Made by a program: the position numbers and the translations under genes | Source: Corynebacterium amycolatum | GTDB lineage: Bacteria; Actinomycetota; Actinomycetes; Mycobacteriales; Mycobacteriaceae | DNA: 32,000 bases | Assembly (NCBI RefSeq): GCF_049243625.1 | Contig: NZ_CP046975.1 | Direction: 5' to 3' (one strand) | The notes under the pieces: generated by a model | The model's input: the letters and a program-made list of their open reading frames with translations, nothing else | Told to the model about the DNA's origin: nothing | The model's database searches: none | Part shown: positions 1-9,574 of the stretch, in pieces | Layout of the letters: each line of letters begins with the position of its first letter | How positions within the stretch are numbered: position 1 is the stretch's first letter

Positions 1-7
1 GTTCTAA
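1..7 (+). CDS. rplR: 3' terminus of the ribosomal protein L18 gene (only the last codon TTC and the TAA stop are visible)
   Basis: TTC-TAA at 2..7 lies just upstream of the rpsE RBS (GGAAGGAA 28..35). rplR precedes rpsE in the conserved spc operon. The fragment is too short to verify from sequence. Confidence 0.3.
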
Positions 8-38
8 TGCGCACTTACAAGTCCAACGGAAGGAATGC

Positions 39-659
39 GTGATGTCGGAACGCGATAAGCGCGAAGGCGGACGTAACTCCGCTGACAACAAGAACAACAA
101 CCGTCGTGGTGGCCGCGGTAACGACCGTCGCCAGCAGGACGAGCGTTCGCAGTACATCGAGCGCGTAGTAACTATTAACCGAGTTTCCAAGGTCGTCAAG
201 GGCGGTCGTCGCTTCAGCTTCACCGCTCTGGTCATCGTCGGTGACGGCGAGGGCATGGTCGGCGTCGGCTACGGCAAGGCCAAGGAAGTACCGGCAGCTA
301 TCCAGAAGGGTGCTGAAGAGGCTCGTAAGAACTTCTTCCGCGTCCCGATGATTGCTGGCACCATCACCCACCCGGTTCAGGGTGAGACCGCTGCTGGCAT
401 CGTGCTGCTGCGCCCGGCTGCTCCGGGTACCGGTCTGATTGCCGGCGGCGCTGTCCGCCCGGTTCTCGAGTGCGCCGGTGTTCAGGATGTTCTGTCCAAG
501 TCGCTGGGTACCAACAACTCCATCAACGTTGTTCACGCAACCGTTGATGCTCTCAAGCAGCTGGTTCGCCCTGAAGAGGTCGCCGCACGTCGTGGCAAGT
601 CCCTCGAAGAGGTCACCCCGGCACGTATGCTGCGCGCACGCGCAGGTCAGGGAGCGTGA
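39..659 (+). CDS. rpsE: 30S ribosomal protein S5
   Basis: The translation carries the S5 core [51 protein letters not shown] and a basic actinobacterial N-terminal extension. GTG 39 and ATG 42 are both possible starts. Position fits the spc operon. Confidence 0.97.
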   Translation: MMSERDKREGGRNSADNKNNNRRGGRGNDRRQQDERSQYIERVVTINRVSKVVKGGRRFSFTALVIVGDGEGMVGVGYGKAKEVPAAIQKGAEEARKNFFRVPMIAGTITHPVQGETAAGIVLLRPAAPGTGLIAGGAVRPVLECAGVQDVLSKSLGTNNSINVVHATVDALKQLVRPEEVAARRGKSLEEVTPARMLRARAGQGA

Positions 660-664
660 TTTCC

Positions 665-850
665 ATGGCACTGAAGATTACCCAGGTCCGTGGTACCGCT
701 GGTACCGAGCAGAAGCAGAAGGATTCGCTGCGCACCCTCGGCCTGAAGCGCATCAACGATTCCGTCGTCCGCCCGGATTCTCCGGCTGTGCGCGGTCTCG
801 TGAACGTTGTGCGTCACCTGGTCGAGGTTGAAGAAGTAGCGGGGGAGTAG
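665..850 (+). CDS. rpmD: 50S ribosomal protein L30
   Basis: [35 protein letters not shown]... is a typical 61-aa L30. ATG 665 is preferred over GTG 656 (the ORF-track start, which overlaps the rpsE stop as GTGA) because corynebacterial L30 begins MALKITQ. Confidence 0.93.
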   Translation: MALKITQVRGTAGTEQKQKDSLRTLGLKRINDSVVRPDSPAVRGLVNVVRHLVEVEEVAGE

Positions 851-857
851 GTAAACC

Positions 858-1304
858 ATGAGCGAACCAATTAAGCTCCACGACTTGGCCCCGGCTCCGG
901 GTGCTAAGAAGAAGAAGACTCGCGTCGGCCGTGGTGAGGCTTCCAAGGGTAAGACCGCTGGTCGCGGCACCAAGGGCACCAAGGCCCGCAAGCAGGTTTC
1001 GGCAGCATTCGAGGGTGGCCAGATGCCACTTCACATGCGTCTGCCGAAGTTGAAGGGCTTCAAGAACCCGGCGAAGGTCACCTTCCAGGTGGTCAACGTT
1101 TCGGATTTGGAGCGTCTGTTCCCGAACGGTGGCGACGTCACCATCGCCGACCTGGTTGCAAAGGGCGCCGTCCGCGCTAACCAGCCGGTGAAGGTCCTCG
1201 GCGACGGCGACATCAACGTCTCCGTCAACGTCACCGCAACCAAGTTCTCGGGCTCCGCAAAGTCCAAGATCGAGGCTGCAGGCGGCTCTGTCACTGAGGC
1301 TTAA
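858..1304 (+). CDS. rplO: 50S ribosomal protein L15
   Basis: 148 aa with the L15 N-terminus [35 protein letters not shown]. It follows rpmD as in the spc operon. Confidence 0.97.
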   Translation: MSEPIKLHDLAPAPGAKKKKTRVGRGEASKGKTAGRGTKGTKARKQVSAAFEGGQMPLHMRLPKLKGFKNPAKVTFQVVNVSDLERLFPNGGDVTIADLVAKGAVRANQPVKVLGDGDINVSVNVTATKFSGSAKSKIEAAGGSVTEA

Positions 1305-1323
1305 AGCATTTAAGCTTTAATAG

Positions 1324-1358
1324 AAAAGCTCCTAACCCATGTGGTTAGGAGCTTTTTT
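1324..1358. terminator. Bidirectional rho-independent terminator between convergent rplO and bioW-bioF
   Basis: AAAA-AGCTCCTAACC (1327..1337), loop CATGT, GGTTAGGAGCT (1343..1353), then a T-run through 1358. This is a perfect 11-bp stem flanked by an A-run on one side and a T-run on the other, so it can terminate both strands. Confidence 0.75.
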
Positions 1359-1406
1359 GTATTGAGAGGGAGGAAATTGGAGGGGAGGGCAGCGCAAACC
1401 GCTGGC

Positions 1407-3305
1407 TTACAGCAGGCCGGTGGTTCGCAGAGCCCACTCCAGTTGGTCGATGTCAGCGTCGGTGTGCAGCGCGGTGATGGTCAATCGCAACATTGCCTCA
1501 CCACGGGGCACCGTCGGATAGCGAATTGCAGGTATAAACACGCCTAGCTCCGCCAACTGTGCTGAGGCGTCCATCGCTTCGGTCTCGTCCCCGACGGGCA
1601 GCGGGATGATGGCAGATGCGGGGTCTGACTGCGCGCCAACCAGGGAGCGGACGCACGCAATATTACGTTGCAATCGCTTGACGACGTCCCCAACCTCCAA
1701 CTGCTTCAACGCTGCGCGGATAGCTGCGACAGAACCAGGGTTCATGGACGTTGAGTACACGTAGCTACGGGCTTGATTGCGTAGCAGTTCGCCAACTGGT
1801 GCCGAGCAGAGAACGTATCCTCCTTCGACCCCGAGAGCCTTGCTCGCGGTGCCGACCACAATGTCCGGGCGAATGCCCAGGTGCGCTGCAGTGCCACGAC
1901 CGTGTTCTCCGATAACTCCGACGCCGTGGGCGTCGTCAAGCATCAGCCATGCGTTGCGACGGTGACAGGTGCGCTCGAGTGCCGGGCCGTCGATGACCTC
2001 GCCTGACATAGAGAACACGGAGTCGGAGATGACAAGTTTGTGGCGGGCGCTCGATGTTGCGAGGAGATGGTCGAGTGCCTGGTAGTCAGTGTGCGGAAAG
2101 ACCGTGACTTTAGCTCGGGCATTGCGGCATCCGTCAATGATGGAAGCATGGTTGGCGGCGTCGGAGAAGATTTCAACGTCGGCGGTGGCGATGGCAGCGA
2201 TGGTTGAGTGGTTCGCCTGGTAGCCAGTAGCAAAGAGAACGGCATCGTCGAAACCGAAGAACTGCGCGAGTTCATTCTCAAGTGCGCTGTGGATGCTAGT
2301 GCCAGTGGTTAAGCGAGAGCCGCCGGACCCGGTGCCGAAATATCCAATTGCCTCGGTGGCAGCTGAGATGAGCTCAGGGTGCGTGGACAGGCCGAGGTAG
2401 TCCGAAGAAGAAAACAATAGGTAGTCGGCTCCGTCAATTCGGCTATGCGGTAGTTGTGCGGTTTCGAAAGTGCGCAGTGTGCGGGCAAGTCCTGCACCGG
2501 CCCAGGCCGTGTTTCTTTGGGCGGCGATTGCTGAGAGGTCGCTGCTGAGGCCGGTAGTGTCCGTCGAGAAACTGGCGTCAGCTGGGAGCTCGATATAGAC
2601 CGGCGTGTTCTCCAGGTAGTCGATTAGCTCGGGGATATCGATGCCGGGTTCAACGATGAAAATGCGAGTACCAAGAGTGCTGCCGTGGTCCTTGATATTG
2701 GGGATACGGTGGAAGATTCCGTCCAGTGCGAGATAGCCACGCGTGTAAAAGGGATCGTCGGAGAGGCAGATTTCTGCGACGATGCCCGGGGCGCTGTGAA
2801 CCTTGGATGCGAGGATGAGCGCCTCGTGAAAATGGTCCTTGGCGCAGTCCTTGCTGGGGTGTGAGATGGCATCAAAAGTGGAAACCCGTACACCGCGGGC
2901 TGGGTTTGGGTCGAGCCGCTCACCGGAGGAGGCATCGATAAGAGCGGCGCCGCGAAGACCCGTGAGTGAATAGGCCATCTCGACGGCGATATCGGCGGCC
3001 TGTATACCTGCAGCGTGTAGGCGTTGAGTAATGAGCTTGCGGGCGTCCCCAGGGCTGGAGTTCGACTCTAGAAAGGGGACTAACGCCGGCACGGTGCTGA
3101 TGGTCGACTCATCAATCTTGTCCGCAGTGATGTGAATTGTGTCGGCTCGCCCCTTGTCGTGGTGAAGTGCACGGCTAGTCATAGCAGAAGCCAACTGAGG
3201 TAGTTCGGTGGCCGGTGCAAGACGCTCAGCGCCAGAGATATGGCAGCCATCGGCGCTGGAGCGCATGCGGATGCTGTAGGTACTCACAGAGCAAAACTTT
3301 AACAC
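1407..3305 (-). CDS. bioWF: Fusion protein: 6-carboxyhexanoate-CoA ligase (BioW, pimeloyl-CoA synthetase) joined to 8-amino-7-oxononanoate synthase (BioF)
   Basis: The N-terminal ~250 aa match BioW (YSIRMRSS...HISGAERL...DDPFYTRGY). The C-terminal ~380 aa are an alpha-oxoamine synthase ([41 protein letters not shown]) with the PLP lysine in GTASKALG (codon 1839..1841). The frame is single and uninterrupted. The start is GTG 3305 or GTG 3287. Confidence 0.85.
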   Translation of the reverse strand: MLKFCSVSTYSIRMRSSADGCHISGAERLAPATELPQLASAMTSRALHHDKGRADTIHITADKIDESTISTVPALVPFLESNSSPGDARKLITQRLHAAGIQAADIAVEMAYSLTGLRGAALIDASSGERLDPNPARGVRVSTFDAISHPSKDCAKDHFHEALILASKVHSAPGIVAEICLSDDPFYTRGYLALDGIFHRIPNIKDHGSTLGTRIFIVEPGIDIPELIDYLENTPVYIELPADASFSTDTTGLSSDLSAIAAQRNTAWAGAGLARTLRTFETAQLPHSRIDGADYLLFSSSDYLGLSTHPELISAATEAIGYFGTGSGGSRLTTGTSIHSALENELAQFFGFDDAVLFATGYQANHSTIAAIATADVEIFSDAANHASIIDGCRNARAKVTVFPHTDYQALDHLLATSSARHKLVISDSVFSMSGEVIDGPALERTCHRRNAWLMLDDAHGVGVIGEHGRGTAAHLGIRPDIVVGTASKALGVEGGYVLCSAPVGELLRNQARSYVYSTSMNPGSVAAIRAALKQLEVGDVVKRLQRNIACVRSLVGAQSDPASAIIPLPVGDETEAMDASAQLAELGVFIPAIRYPTVPRGEAMLRLTITALHTDADIDQLEWALRTTGLL

Positions 3306-3311
3306 TGTTCA
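3299..3311. promoter_or_regulatory. Candidate BioQ-type operator (near-palindrome TTAAC-ACT-GTTCA)
   Basis: One mismatch to the TGAAC-N3-GTTCA palindrome that I recall as the C. glutamicum BioQ (TetR-type biotin regulator) operator. It overlaps the first possible GTG start of bioW-bioF and lies 12 nt upstream of the second GTG. Only one copy, from memory of the consensus. Confidence 0.25.
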
Positions 3312-3442
3312 AGTTTTGTTTGAGAAGGTTGGGTGGAGCACATGAGAGGGCGGGGGCTCAGAGGGGATGAGCGCTGGAATCGTCGTCAAGCGAAAAGAGG
3401 GTGATTGACGGGGCGCTGTACTAACGGTGATATAGAGGCGTA

Positions 3443-3473
3443 TTGCGACGATATGGAGAAACGCTGGTAGACT
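3443..3473 (+). promoter_or_regulatory. Candidate sigmaA-type promoter for secY-adk
   Basis: TTGCGA (3443..3448), 19-nt spacer, TGG-TAGACT (extended -10, 3465..3473). secY is cut off from the spc promoter by the antisense bioWF gene and a terminator, so it needs its own promoter. The spacer is long, so this is a weak call. Confidence 0.2.
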
Positions 3474-3620
3474 CACTACGTCAAATACTGTCAATTAAAG
3501 GTTTGAGGAATACGTCATCCGCGTTGCTTAACTAAAACGGAAGACTACTGGCGGATAAGCGGGTAAATCTTTCGGGAAAAGCGTGGGAGAAGCGGATTTC
3601 TTGACCTCGGGAGGATGCAC

Positions 3621-4952
3621 GTGGCTTCCGGTCTCATTGCGGCGTTGCGCGATCCCGATTTGCGTAAGAAGATCTTCTTCACTCTGACGATGATCATTCT
3701 GTACCGAATCGGCTCGCAGATTCCAACCCCTGGTATCGACTACCAGTTGGTCAACGCGCAGCTCGAGCAGATTTCGAAAGATCAGTCCAGCGTTTACTCG
3801 CTGATCAACCTGTTCTCAGGTGGCGCTCTGCTGCAGATGGCGATTTTCGGCATCGGCATTATGCCGTACATTACGGCCTCGATTATCGTCCAGCTGCTCA
3901 CGGTGGTGATTCCACACTTCGAGCAGTTGAAGAAGGAAGGGCAGTCGGGTCAGACAAAGATGACCCAGTACACCCGCTACCTCACAGTGGCGTTGGCGTT
4001 GCTGCAGTCTGCGGGCATTGTGGCCATGGCAGACCGTGGCGCCCTGCTGGGCGGCTCGCAGTCGCTGCTGGTTAAGGATGCGGGTGTCTTTGACCTCGTG
4101 GTGATGGTCGTTGTGATGACCTCCGGTGCCGTGCTGGTCATGTGGATGGGTGAGCTCATCACTGACCGAGGGGTCGGCAACGGTATGTCACTGCTGATTT
4201 TCTCCGGTATCGCCGCTGGTATGCCGGCGCAGGGAGCGAACATTCTGCGCTCCACTACCGGTGTCGTGTTTGCCACCGTGATTGTTGCCGTGCTGATTCT
4301 CATCATCGGCGTTATTTTCATTGAGCAGGGACAGCGCCGTATTCCGGTGCAGTACGCAAAGCGCATGGTTGGTCGTCGCCAGTACGGCGGATCTTCCACC
4401 TACCTGCCGCTGAAGGTGAACCAGGCCGGTGTTATCCCGGTCATCTTCGCGTCCTCTCTGATTTACGTGCCGGTTCTGATTACCCAGATTGTTCAGTCCG
4501 GTCAGTCGAATCCGAACATGGACAACTGGTGGCAGCGCAATGTCATTCAGTACCTGCTGGCGCCGTCCAGTTGGCAGTACATTCTGCTGTTCTTCCTGAT
4601 GATTATCTTCTTCTCCTTCTTCTACACCTCCGTGCAGTATGACCCGCACGAGCAGGCGGAGAACATGAAGAAGTACGGCGGATTCATTCCGGGCTTCCGC
4701 CCGGGGCGTCCGACTGCTGAATACCTGTCCTACGTCCTGATTCGCCTGCTGACTGTCGGCTCGCTGTACCTGGCACTGATCGCTGTTCTGCCAAATGTCG
4801 CTCTTGATATGGGGCTTGGCGACGCGAACGCTGGTCGAGGCGGTATGTTTGGAGGTACAGCCCTGCTGATTCTGGTCAGTGTTGCGCTGACGACGGTCAA
4901 GCAGGTTGAAAGCCAAATGATGCAACGTAACTACGAAGGGTTCTTGAAGTAA
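3621..4952 (+). CDS. secY: Preprotein translocase subunit SecY
   Basis: Near-collinear with corynebacterial SecY ([81 protein letters not shown]). GTG 3621 is preferred because GGAGG at 3610..3614 lies 6 nt upstream. The ORF-track ATG 3615 directly abuts that RBS. Confidence 0.97.
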   Translation: MASGLIAALRDPDLRKKIFFTLTMIILYRIGSQIPTPGIDYQLVNAQLEQISKDQSSVYSLINLFSGGALLQMAIFGIGIMPYITASIIVQLLTVVIPHFEQLKKEGQSGQTKMTQYTRYLTVALALLQSAGIVAMADRGALLGGSQSLLVKDAGVFDLVVMVVVMTSGAVLVMWMGELITDRGVGNGMSLLIFSGIAAGMPAQGANILRSTTGVVFATVIVAVLILIIGVIFIEQGQRRIPVQYAKRMVGRRQYGGSSTYLPLKVNQAGVIPVIFASSLIYVPVLITQIVQSGQSNPNMDNWWQRNVIQYLLAPSSWQYILLFFLMIIFFSFFYTSVQYDPHEQAENMKKYGGFIPGFRPGRPTAEYLSYVLIRLLTVGSLYLALIAVLPNVALDMGLGDANAGRGGMFGGTALLILVSVALTTVKQVESQMMQRNYEGFLK

Positions 4953-5503
4953 TGCGACTCGTACTTGTAGGTCCTCCCGGTGCAGGCAAGGGCACTCAGG
5001 CAGCTATCCTCTCGGAGAAGCTCGGTGTCCCACACATCTCCACCGGTGACCTGTTTCGCGCAAACATCGGTGAAGGTACTCCGCTCGGCATTGAGGCGAA
5101 GTCCTACATCGACGCCGGCAACCTTGTTCCGGACGACGTGACTGTGCGTATGGTCGAGTCCCGTCTGAACGAGGACGACGCTGCCAAGGGGTTCCTGTTG
5201 GATGGCTTCCCGCGCACTGTTGGTCAAGCAGAAGAGCTGAAGCGTCTGCTGTCCAACCTCGGCACTGAGCTGGATGCGGTCGTACAGTTCGACGTTTCTG
5301 AGGATGTCGTAGTCGAGCGCATGCTGGCCCGTGGTCGCGCAGACGACACTGAAGAGGTCATCCGCAACCGCATGCATGTGTACACCAATGAGACCGCTCC
5401 TTTGCTGGATTACTACTCGGAGAAGATCATCAAGATTGCCGCTGAGGGATCCGTTGAGGAGATTAACGAGCGCACGATGGCTGAGCTGGAGAAGCTGAAC
5501 TAA
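4952..5503 (+). CDS. adk: Adenylate kinase
   Basis: [18 protein letters not shown]-loop, plus LLDGFPRT and GRADD motifs. The ATG overlaps the secY TAA by 1 nt (TAATG), suggesting translational coupling. Confidence 0.97.
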   Translation: MRLVLVGPPGAGKGTQAAILSEKLGVPHISTGDLFRANIGEGTPLGIEAKSYIDAGNLVPDDVTVRMVESRLNEDDAAKGFLLDGFPRTVGQAEELKRLLSNLGTELDAVVQFDVSEDVVVERMLARGRADDTEEVIRNRMHVYTNETAPLLDYYSEKIIKIAAEGSVEEINERTMAELEKLN

Positions 5504-5586
5504 GCTCCTGGCGCGCCGGATAACTAGACGCTCTAGCTTTTTTGCTGGCTGGAGCCGATGGGTTTGCCGGTTGTAGGTGGTTGTTG

Positions 5587-5630
5587 AAGCCGCCCTTTCG
5601 AACCGTTGAGGTTTGGAAGGGCGGCTTTTG
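5587..5630 (+). terminator. Rho-independent terminator after adk
   Basis: AAGCCGCCCTT (5587..5597) pairs with AAGGGCGGCTT (5617..5627) and is followed by TTTTG. The stem is 11 bp and GC-rich, with a 19-nt loop. Confidence 0.7.
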
Positions 5631-5642
5631 TGTGTGGCTGTT

Positions 5643-5668
5643 GGGGTCTGGGGCGGGGGTGGGGGGGG
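5643..5668 (+). other. Canonical G-quadruplex-type motif (G4-TCT-G4-C-G5-T-G8), including a G8 homopolymer
   Basis: Read directly: GGGGTCTGGGGCGGGGGTGGGGGGGG. It is intergenic, between the adk terminator and the stop of the minus-strand lipoprotein gene. On the minus-strand transcript it reads as a C-rich, G-poor tract. Confidence 0.6.
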
Positions 5669-5684
5669 CAGCCGATAGTGAGGG

Positions 5685-6266
5685 CTACTGGAAGTCCTGA
5701 ATAATCTGGTCGATGAGTGGCTGCGCGGCCTCAGCGCTGATATTCGCGAAAACGAACTCTTGGTAGATGCGGTTGGCCTCGTCAATGACCATAACGAAAG
5801 GGGACCCCTTGTTGATGCCGCTAAATGCGTGCTTGCCGGGTAGCTCGTATGGTACGTAGTTTTCGACGGACTCAGCCTTTTCGTTAATGCGCTCGACAGT
5901 GGCCGGGTCCTCGGCCGTACTGAGCATTGCGGTGCCACCGTCTCCAACTGCCATTACGCAGGTGAAGCCATGTACGCTCTCGCTGCCAAAAATGACGGGT
6001 TTAGAGTCATCCGACTCGGCGCAGCTGCCAATCGCCTCCTTAATTGCATCAGGTGTGAAGTTTTGGATTGACTCAGGCAGTGCAGAGGTGCCCATGAAAC
6101 CCGAGGTGCTTCCAGGGGTCTCCGGCGATTCCGCGGCAGGGGAAGTGGAGGGGATAGTCGGCGCTGGCGACGGTTCGGGATTGCTTGAGCAAGCGCCAAC
6201 CAGGAAAAGTGAGCTGGTGGCAATAACAGCGCCCGCAGTCTGCGCGGACTTCAACAGTGAATGCAT
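5685..6266 (-). CDS. Secreted lipoprotein of unknown function
   Basis: From ATG 6266: MHSLLKSAQTAGAVIATSSLFLVGAC, a signal peptide with lipobox LVGAC, then a Pro/Ser/Thr-rich linker. The ORF-track TTG 6323 start adds 19 aa before the signal peptide and is less likely. I recognised no family. Confidence 0.7.
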   Translation of the reverse strand: MHSLLKSAQTAGAVIATSSLFLVGACSSNPEPSPAPTIPSTSPAAESPETPGSTSGFMGTSALPESIQNFTPDAIKEAIGSCAESDDSKPVIFGSESVHGFTCVMAVGDGGTAMLSTAEDPATVERINEKAESVENYVPYELPGKHAFSGINKGSPFVMVIDEANRIYQEFVFANISAEAAQPLIDQIIQDFQ

Positions 6267-6489
6267 GCCAGTTATCGTAGGGCAGCTCAACTTTGGGTGT
6301 AAACCGCCCGAAAAACGAAGCAAGCCGATTGCAGATTAAGCGTCACGAATGAACATCCATAAAGATTCCCATGCAACGCCTCGTAGAAATACATGAAGCA
6401 GAGCGCTGGCTGGGGGAGCGATGCCCTCGTAGGTGGCGGGATTCGGCTAGCCGGTGGTTCCCTTCTAAGTCAGAGTAGACTCAACCAGC

Positions 6490-7293
6490 GTGATGAGTTT
6501 TCGACGCCGCCGCAAAGTAGTTCCTGCCCGCACCGAGGGAGAATTGGATGCGATGCAAGCGGCCGGCGAGATTGTCGGTCGTGCATTGCTGGCTTGCAGA
6601 AACGCTGCTAAGCCGGGGGTGACCACGGCAGATCTCAATGAGATCGCGCACCAGGTCATTATCGATGCTGGCGCAACGCCGTCCTTCCTTGGCTATGAAG
6701 GTTTTCCGGCGTCTGTCTGCGCATCTGTGAATGAAGTTGTTGTCCACGGCATTCCGTCAAGCTCTACGGTTCTCGCCGATGGTGATTTAGTCTCAATTGA
6801 CTGTGGCGCAATCCTGGATGGCTGGCACGGTGATTCGGCACTTACGTTCGGCGTCGGAAAGCTGAGTGAAGATGTCGAAAAACTGAACATTGCGACATCA
6901 GAGGTCCTCACCGAAGGTATTAAGGCCATGGTTCCGGGCGCTCGCCTCACCGATATTTCGTATGCGCTTGAAATGGCCACCCGTGAGGCTGAACTGCGCC
7001 ACGATATTGAGCTCGGCATCGTAGATGGATATGGCGGGCACGGCATTGGGCGGGAGATGCACATGGACCCCTTCCTGCCCAACGAGGGCAAAGCTGGAAA
7101 GGGCCCCCGCATCGTCGAAGGCTCCGTATTGGCCATTGAGCCGATGCTCATTCTCGGCGGCGAGTGGGGTAGTGATGAGCTTGACGACGGCTGGACGGTC
7201 GTCAGCGCGGATAGAATGCCGGCCTCCCATTGGGAGCATACAGTTGCCGCCACGGCGGACGGCCCCCGTATTTTGACTCCTCGATACGAATAA
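6490..7293 (+). CDS. map: Methionine aminopeptidase, type I
   Basis: M24A features: [40 protein letters not shown]. The start is GTG 6490 or ATG 6493 ([12 protein letters not shown]..., as in corynebacterial Map). A TAGACT -10-like box at 6476..6481 lies close to the start. Confidence 0.95.
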   Translation: MMSFRRRRKVVPARTEGELDAMQAAGEIVGRALLACRNAAKPGVTTADLNEIAHQVIIDAGATPSFLGYEGFPASVCASVNEVVVHGIPSSSTVLADGDLVSIDCGAILDGWHGDSALTFGVGKLSEDVEKLNIATSEVLTEGIKAMVPGARLTDISYALEMATREAELRHDIELGIVDGYGGHGIGREMHMDPFLPNEGKAGKGPRIVEGSVLAIEPMLILGGEWGSDELDDGWTVVSADRMPASHWEHTVAATADGPRILTPRYE

Positions 7294-7576
7294 CTAGTGC
7301 GTGAGGGCCAAGCGAAAGGTCAGAATGTTGCCATAAAGGCTGCGATGAATTCTGAACGGGTGGAGCGAACCAGCCTGCCGTCGCTTGCAACCGGTCCCAT
7401 AATGGTCGTATTTGGTAAAAACGCAGGTCGCGTGTAAAGTTGGGCGATGGTGTGGGCGCAGTGTCGCTGCAGTGATGATTATCCCTGCACGGAACTGCTA
7501 AAACACCAGGCAGAGTAGAGATTTCCCAACTGGTGCCGGGATTGTCCCGGGTATCCGCCAGAGAGACGTGGAGGAC

Positions 7577-7798
7577 ATGGCTAAAAAGGAAGGCGCAATT
7601 GAGGTTGAGGGTCGCGTCGTCGAGCCCTTGCCGAACGCGATGTTCCGAGTGGAGCTGGACAACGGGCACAAGGTGCTCGCCCATATCAGTGGCAAGATGC
7701 GCCAGCACTACATCCGTATTCTCCCGGAAGACCGAGTCGTAGTGGAGCTCTCTCCCTACGATCTCGAGCGTGGGCGAATCGTCTACCGCTACAAGTAA
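7577..7798 (+). CDS. infA: Translation initiation factor IF-1
   Basis: [73 protein letters not shown], 73 aa, near-identical to actinobacterial IF-1. The ORF-track GTG 7568 start adds 3 unsupported residues. Confidence 0.96.
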   Translation: MAKKEGAIEVEGRVVEPLPNAMFRVELDNGHKVLAHISGKMRQHYIRILPEDRVVVELSPYDLERGRIVYRYK

Positions 7799-8094
7799 AT
7801 CGACCTGACCACTGTTGGTAGTGGTTATGGGCTTATTTACTAACTAGACAGAAACTCCACCGTCCTAGCTGCTTCTGGTGACGGCCGCGTGATGTTGAGG
7901 CCTGGCGTCTCAGCAGATTGGCGCGGCGGTTCTTTATGAAAGCTTTTCCACAGAAGTAAGCGAGACTACCTCCGGCAACGGTGGCTGGAGCCTTTCTATA
8001 ACACCTGCGCGACTCGGCGTCCGACCGACTAAGCCGGGCCTGGGAAGGGTGGCAGTGGAGTAAACCACCGCATCAACCGGAAGGAAATTGCCGT

Positions 8095-8463
<369 letters not shown>

Positions 8464-8466
8464 AAC

Positions 8467-8871
8467 ATGGCAGCTCCGAAGTCCGCACGCGGCCGTCGTA
8501 CCGGCCGTCGCGTTGTAAAGAAGAACGTGGCTCAGGGCCACGCATACATCAAGTCCACCTTCAACAACACCATCGTGTCCATCACGGACCCGAAGGGCGC
8601 TGTTATCTCGTGGGCCTCCTCGGGTCACGTCGGTTTCAAGGGCTCCCGTAAGTCCACTCCGTTCGCTGCCCAGATGGCTGCCGAGAACGCTGCTCGTAAG
8701 GCCATGGAGCACGGTATGAAGAAGGTTGACGTTTTCGTTAAGGGTCCGGGTTCGGGCCGCGAAACCGCCATCCGTTCCCTCCAGGCTGCTGGCCTTGAGG
8801 TGTCCTCGATCTCGGATGTGACCCCTCAGCCGCACAACGGCTGCCGTCCGCCGAAGCGTCGTCGCGTCTAG
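8467..8871 (+). CDS. rpsK: 30S ribosomal protein S11
   Basis: [46 protein letters not shown] is the S11 core. It starts 3 nt after the rpsM stop. Confidence 0.97.
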   Translation: MAAPKSARGRRTGRRVVKKNVAQGHAYIKSTFNNTIVSITDPKGAVISWASSGHVGFKGSRKSTPFAAQMAAENAARKAMEHGMKKVDVFVKGPGSGRETAIRSLQAAGLEVSSISDVTPQPHNGCRPPKRRRV

Positions 8872-8895
8872 GAATAGGGTAAGGAGAGAACAGAA

Positions 8896-9501
8896 ATGGC
8901 CCGTTATACCGGTCCCGCAACCCGTAAGTCCCGTCGTCTCCGCGTCGACCTCGTCGGTGGCGACATGAACTTCGAGCGTCGTCCCTACCCTCCGGGGCAG
9001 GCTGGTCGCGCTCGTATCAAGGAGTCGGAGTACCTGCTCCAGCTCCAGGAGAAGCAGAAGGCACGTTTCACCTACGGCGTGATGGAGAAGCAGTTCCGTC
9101 GCTACTACGCCGAGGCTCACCGTCGTCCGGGCAAGACTGGCGATAACCTCGTCGTCCTGCTGGAGTCGCGTCTCGACAACGTTGTCTACCGCGCTGGTCT
9201 GGCTCGTACTCGTCGCCAGGCTCGTCAGCTGGTTTCCCACGGCCACTTCACCGTTAACGGTAAGAAGATCAACGTGCCGTCCTTCCAGGTAAGCCAGTAC
9301 GACATCATCGACGTGCGCCCGAAGTCGCAGAAGATGATGTGGTTCGAAGAGGCACAGGAGAACCTGGTCGACGCTGTCGTCCCGGCATGGCTTCAGGTTG
9401 TTCCTGAGTCCCTGCGCATCCTCGTGCACCAGACCCCGGAACGCGCACAGATCGACATTCCGCTTCAGGAACAGCTGATCGTCGAGTTCTACTCGAAGTA
9501 A
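8896..9501 (+). CDS. rpsD: 30S ribosomal protein S4
   Basis: MARYTGPATRKSRRLRVDLVGG..., with the S4 RNA-binding domain LESRLDNVVYRAGLARTRRQARQLVSHGHFTVNGKKINVPSF. Confidence 0.97.
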   Translation: MARYTGPATRKSRRLRVDLVGGDMNFERRPYPPGQAGRARIKESEYLLQLQEKQKARFTYGVMEKQFRRYYAEAHRRPGKTGDNLVVLLESRLDNVVYRAGLARTRRQARQLVSHGHFTVNGKKINVPSFQVSQYDIIDVRPKSQKMMWFEEAQENLVDAVVPAWLQVVPESLRILVHQTPERAQIDIPLQEQLIVEFYSK

Positions 9502-9574
9502 TAACTAACTTCGCTTGCATCCATTCATTCCCTATGGCGTCATATAGCGGTCGCCACCTGGAGGATTTTCGAAA

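Noticed and set aside
5524-5543. Short hairpin CTAGA-CGC-TCTAG followed by CTTTTTT, just after adk, considered as a terminator
   Set aside because: The stem is only 5 bp and AT-rich. The stronger GC-rich hairpin at 5587..5630 is the more credible terminator. This one may add to termination but is not reported as a feature.
1305-6489. Considered whether the antisense bioWF and lipoprotein insertions are mobile elements or part of a genomic island
   Set aside because: I saw no transposase, integrase, terminal inverted repeats, flanking direct repeats or tRNA attachment site. By eye, the composition does not differ markedly from neighbouring genes.
7799-8094. Searched for rpmJ (L36) and for tRNA-like sequence in the infA-rpsM spacer and the other intergenic regions
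   Set aside because: No ORF of 37-41 codons with the L36 pattern exists in any frame. No cloverleaf-compatible sequence or GGTTCGAATCC-type T-arm was seen in an intergenic region; the only GGTTCGA lies inside truA.
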